Source: an uncultured delta proteobacterium
GTDB lineage: Bacteria > Myxococcota_A > Polyangia > Haliangiales > Haliangiaceae
Direction: 5' to 3'
DNA length: 64,000 nucleotides
Assembly (NCBI GenBank): GCA_963743525.1
Contig: CAVUQH010000005.1
Coordinates: forward strand, 1 to 64,000
Below, one piece after another: positions 58,467-64,000 of this stretch (position 1 is the stretch's first letter; each line of letters begins with the position of its first letter). A program made the position numbers and the translations under genes. The notes beneath the pieces were generated by a model. That model was not told the origin of the DNA and ran no database searches. It saw nothing but the letters and a program-made list of their open reading frames with translations.

Positions 58467-58786
58467 TGCACGTTCGTCGCGGAGATACCGTCGTGGTCAC
58501 CAAGGGCCGCGACAAGGGTAAGCGCGGCAAGGTGAAGCGCGTGCTGACCAACGGCCGTATCGAGGTCGAGAAGGTCAACATGGTCAAGCGTCACCTGCGG
58601 CCGACGCAGAAGAACCCGCAGGGCGGGATCCAGGACATCGAAGGCACGATCGCGGGCGCCAACGTGGCCTTGTGGTGCGAGAAGTGCACCGCGGCGCGCC
58701 GGACCAAAGTGGTCTACGACGACAAGGGCCTCAAGGGGCGCGCGTGCGTCAAGTGCGGGACCGCCTTCCCCGCGCAGGGGATGTAG
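58466..58786 (+). CDS. rplX: 50S ribosomal protein L24
   Basis: [20 protein letters not shown]-terminal CxxC..CxxC. Confidence 0.96.
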   Translation: MHVRRGDTVVVTKGRDKGKRGKVKRVLTNGRIEVEKVNMVKRHLRPTQKNPQGGIQDIEGTIAGANVALWCEKCTAARRTKVVYDDKGLKGRACVKCGTAFPAQGM

Positions 58787-58794
58787 GAGCTGTC

Positions 58795-59459
<665 letters not shown>

Positions 59460-59463
<4 letters not shown>

Positions 59464-59639
59464 GTCGTTTGGCAAAGATGCTTCCCAAGAAGCACAAATT
59501 CAACGTGCGCAAGCACAACCGCTGCCCTGTCTGCGGTCGTCCGCGTGCGTACATGCGCAAGTTCGACATGTGTCGCCTGTGCTTCCGTAACCTGGCGCTG
59601 AACGGCGAGATCCCCGGCGTCATCAAGTCGAGCTGGTGA
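59460..59639 (+). CDS. rpsN: 30S ribosomal protein S14, zinc-binding short type
   Basis: [24 protein letters not shown]. Confidence 0.96.
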
Positions 59640-59652
59640 GAGGTAAAGCGTC

Positions 59653-60055
59653 ATGTCGATGACCGATCCCATCGCCGATTTCCTGACCCGCATCCGCAAC
59701 GGTATCCGCGCTCGCAAGAGCGAGGTCGCTTGCCCGCGGTCGAATCTGAAGCTTCGCATCGCCGAGATCCTCCAGCAGGAGGGCTACATCGACGGTGTGT
59801 CCAAAGCGGAAGGCGCCGCGCATCAGGGCGTCATCCACGTCACCCTGCGCTGGCGGGAAGACAACCAGTGCGCCATCACCGGCCTGCAGCGGGCGTCCAA
59901 GCCCGGTCAGCGCCTGTACGTCGGCGCCAAGGAGGTGCCCAAGGTCCGCAACGGCCTGGGTGTCGCCATCGTGTTCGACCTCCCGTGGCGTGATGACCGA
60001 CCGCGAGGCCCGCAAGTTGGGCGTCGGCGGCGAGGTCCTCTGCAAGGTCTGGTAG
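59653..60055 (+). CDS. rpsH: 30S ribosomal protein S8 (+1 frameshift at ~59974, probably sequencing error)
   Basis: [29 protein letters not shown], then [22 protein letters not shown] in the next frame. Confidence 0.95.
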
Positions 60056-60061
60056 GTAGTC

Positions 60062-60595
<534 letters not shown>

Positions 60596-60620
60596 GCCGG
60601 TCACAACTCGGAGCGTTCCC

Positions 60621-61001
<381 letters not shown>

Positions 61002-61005
61002 GGCA

Positions 61006-61506
<501 letters not shown>

Positions 61507-61524
61507 GGCAACGGGAGACGAGCC

Positions 61525-61710
61525 ATGGCACTCAAGCTCAGAGTCACGCAGGTCAAGAGCGGGATCAGTCGTCCCCAGACCCAGCGCCTCACGTTGAAGG
61601 GGCTGGGCCTCACGCGGCTGCACAAGCCCGTGATTCTCAAGGACACTCCTGCGATCCGCGGAATGATCCGCAAGGTCGGCCACCTGGTGAAGGTCGAGCC
61701 GGTCGAGTAA
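61525..61710 (+). CDS. rpmD: 50S ribosomal protein L30
   Basis: [15 protein letters not shown]; synteny. Confidence 0.96.
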   Translation: MALKLRVTQVKSGISRPQTQRLTLKGLGLTRLHKPVILKDTPAIRGMIRKVGHLVKVEPVE

Positions 61711-61759
61711 GCTCCCGGTCCGCCCAAGAACACACGATCGGTATCGAGAGGACGTAGCA

Positions 61760-62233
61760 ATGGGTACGACACTGTCAACGCTGGCTCCGAACAAGGGCGC
61801 GACCCGCAAGCGCAAGCGCATCGGTCGCGGCCCGGGCAGCGGCTATGGCAAGACCGCGGGCAAGGGTCAGAAGGGCCAGAAGGCCCGCGCCGGACACCAC
61901 GGCTCCAAGGTCGGCTTCGAGGGCGGCCAGATGCCAATGCAGCGGCGCCTGCCGAAGCGTGGCTTCGCCAACCCGTTCCGGGTCGAGGCCGCGCCGATCA
62001 ATGTCGCCGCGCTGGAGAAGTTCGACGGCGAGGTCGATGTCGCCGCGCTGAAGGCCGCGGGCGTGGTTCCGCGCAAGGCCAAGGTCGTCAAGGTCCTGGG
62101 CCAGGGCAACCTGACCAAGAAGCTGACCGTTCGTGCGCACCGCTTCTCCAAGAGCGCGCGCGAGAAGATCGAGGCCGCCGGCGGTACCGTCGAGGTCATC
62201 GCAGTCAAGACGTCCGCCGCGGCCGAAGCGTAG
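61760..62233 (+). CDS. rplO: 50S ribosomal protein L15
   Basis: [24 protein letters not shown]. Confidence 0.98.
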   Translation: MGTTLSTLAPNKGATRKRKRIGRGPGSGYGKTAGKGQKGQKARAGHHGSKVGFEGGQMPMQRRLPKRGFANPFRVEAAPINVAALEKFDGEVDVAALKAAGVVPRKAKVVKVLGQGNLTKKLTVRAHRFSKSAREKIEAAGGTVEVIAVKTSAAAEA

Positions 62234-62302
62234 TCGCTTCGGACGTGGTCCCGCGAGCCCGACCCCCACGGCGCCAAAGAATCACGCGCGAAGGACGTTA
62301 GC

Positions 62303-63643
<1,341 letters not shown>

Positions 63644-63668
63644 TGCGGCGCGGGCTCGCCCGGGCGCG

Positions 63669-64000
63669 ATGAGGATCCGCTACAAGTCTCGTGACGAGAT
63701 CCGGCTCATGCGCGAGGCCTCCCTCGTGGTCGCCGAGATCCTCGATACGCTGTGCGAGGCCGTGGCCCCGGGGATGTTCAACCTGGGACCTGGACCAGAT
63801 CGCACGCGCCGAGATCAAGCGGACCGAGGTCAAGAGCGCCTTCCTCGGTTACTACGACTACCCGGCCGTGGTCTGCACCTCGATCAACGAGGTCGTCGTC
63901 CACGGCATCCCGCGCAAGGACGTGGTGATGGAGGCGGGGGACCTGATCTCGATCGACTTCGGGGTCTTCAAGCACGGCTTCTGCGGCGACTCGGCCCGGA
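63669..64000 (+). CDS. map: Methionine aminopeptidase, partial (+1 frameshift at ~63777; runs off the window)
   Basis: [12 protein letters not shown].., then [27 protein letters not shown] in the next frame. Confidence 0.93.
   Translation, partial: MRIRYKSRDEIRLMREASLVVAEILDTLCEAVAPGMFNLGPGPDRTRRDQADRGQERLPRLLRLPGRGLHLDQRGRRPRHPAQGRGDGGGGPDLDRLRGLQARLLRRLGP

Noticed and set aside
59965..59985. Programmed frameshift or pseudogenisation of rpsH
   Set aside because: No slippery site; it shows the same doubled-base pattern as the other breaks, and S8 is essential.

Overview
High-GC bacterial window, most likely Myxococcota (Haliangiales/Kofleriaceae-like; inferred from gene content and protein style). 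It has three zones. (1) 1-8.9 kb is an accessory island abutting the 3' end of a minus-strand tRNA-Sec (selC). It holds an IS21-family element, an unexplained structured ~200-nt segment, a 5'-truncated ISL3 transposase with an IR-IR junction, and a decayed tyrosine integrase. It also holds a polymorphic toxin operon: a DUF4157 (eCIS-core) N-terminus, a JAB/MPN-like domain and a CdiA-type tRNase C-terminus, followed by a SitI3-like immunity gene and a pseudokinase. (2) 9-28.7 kb is ordinary myxobacterial housekeeping (nfi, M23 peptidase, two TonB-C proteins, gcvH/gcvT, SDR, DUF4388, NUDIX, sigma54 two-component pair, tandem Ddl-like ATP-grasp, YjbQ, TPR lipoprotein, TetR, amtB). (3) 28.8-64 kb is the translation/transcription supercluster: tRNAs, tuf, secE-nusG-rplKAJL-rpoBC, an inserted kinase/FG-GAP/PEGA cassette, and the str-S10-spc operons through secY-map. 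rplC, rpmG and adk are missing from their usual positions. Several +1 single-base frameshifts, including in rpsH and map, look like long-read consensus errors. All domain calls come from motif recognition by eye; no searches were run.
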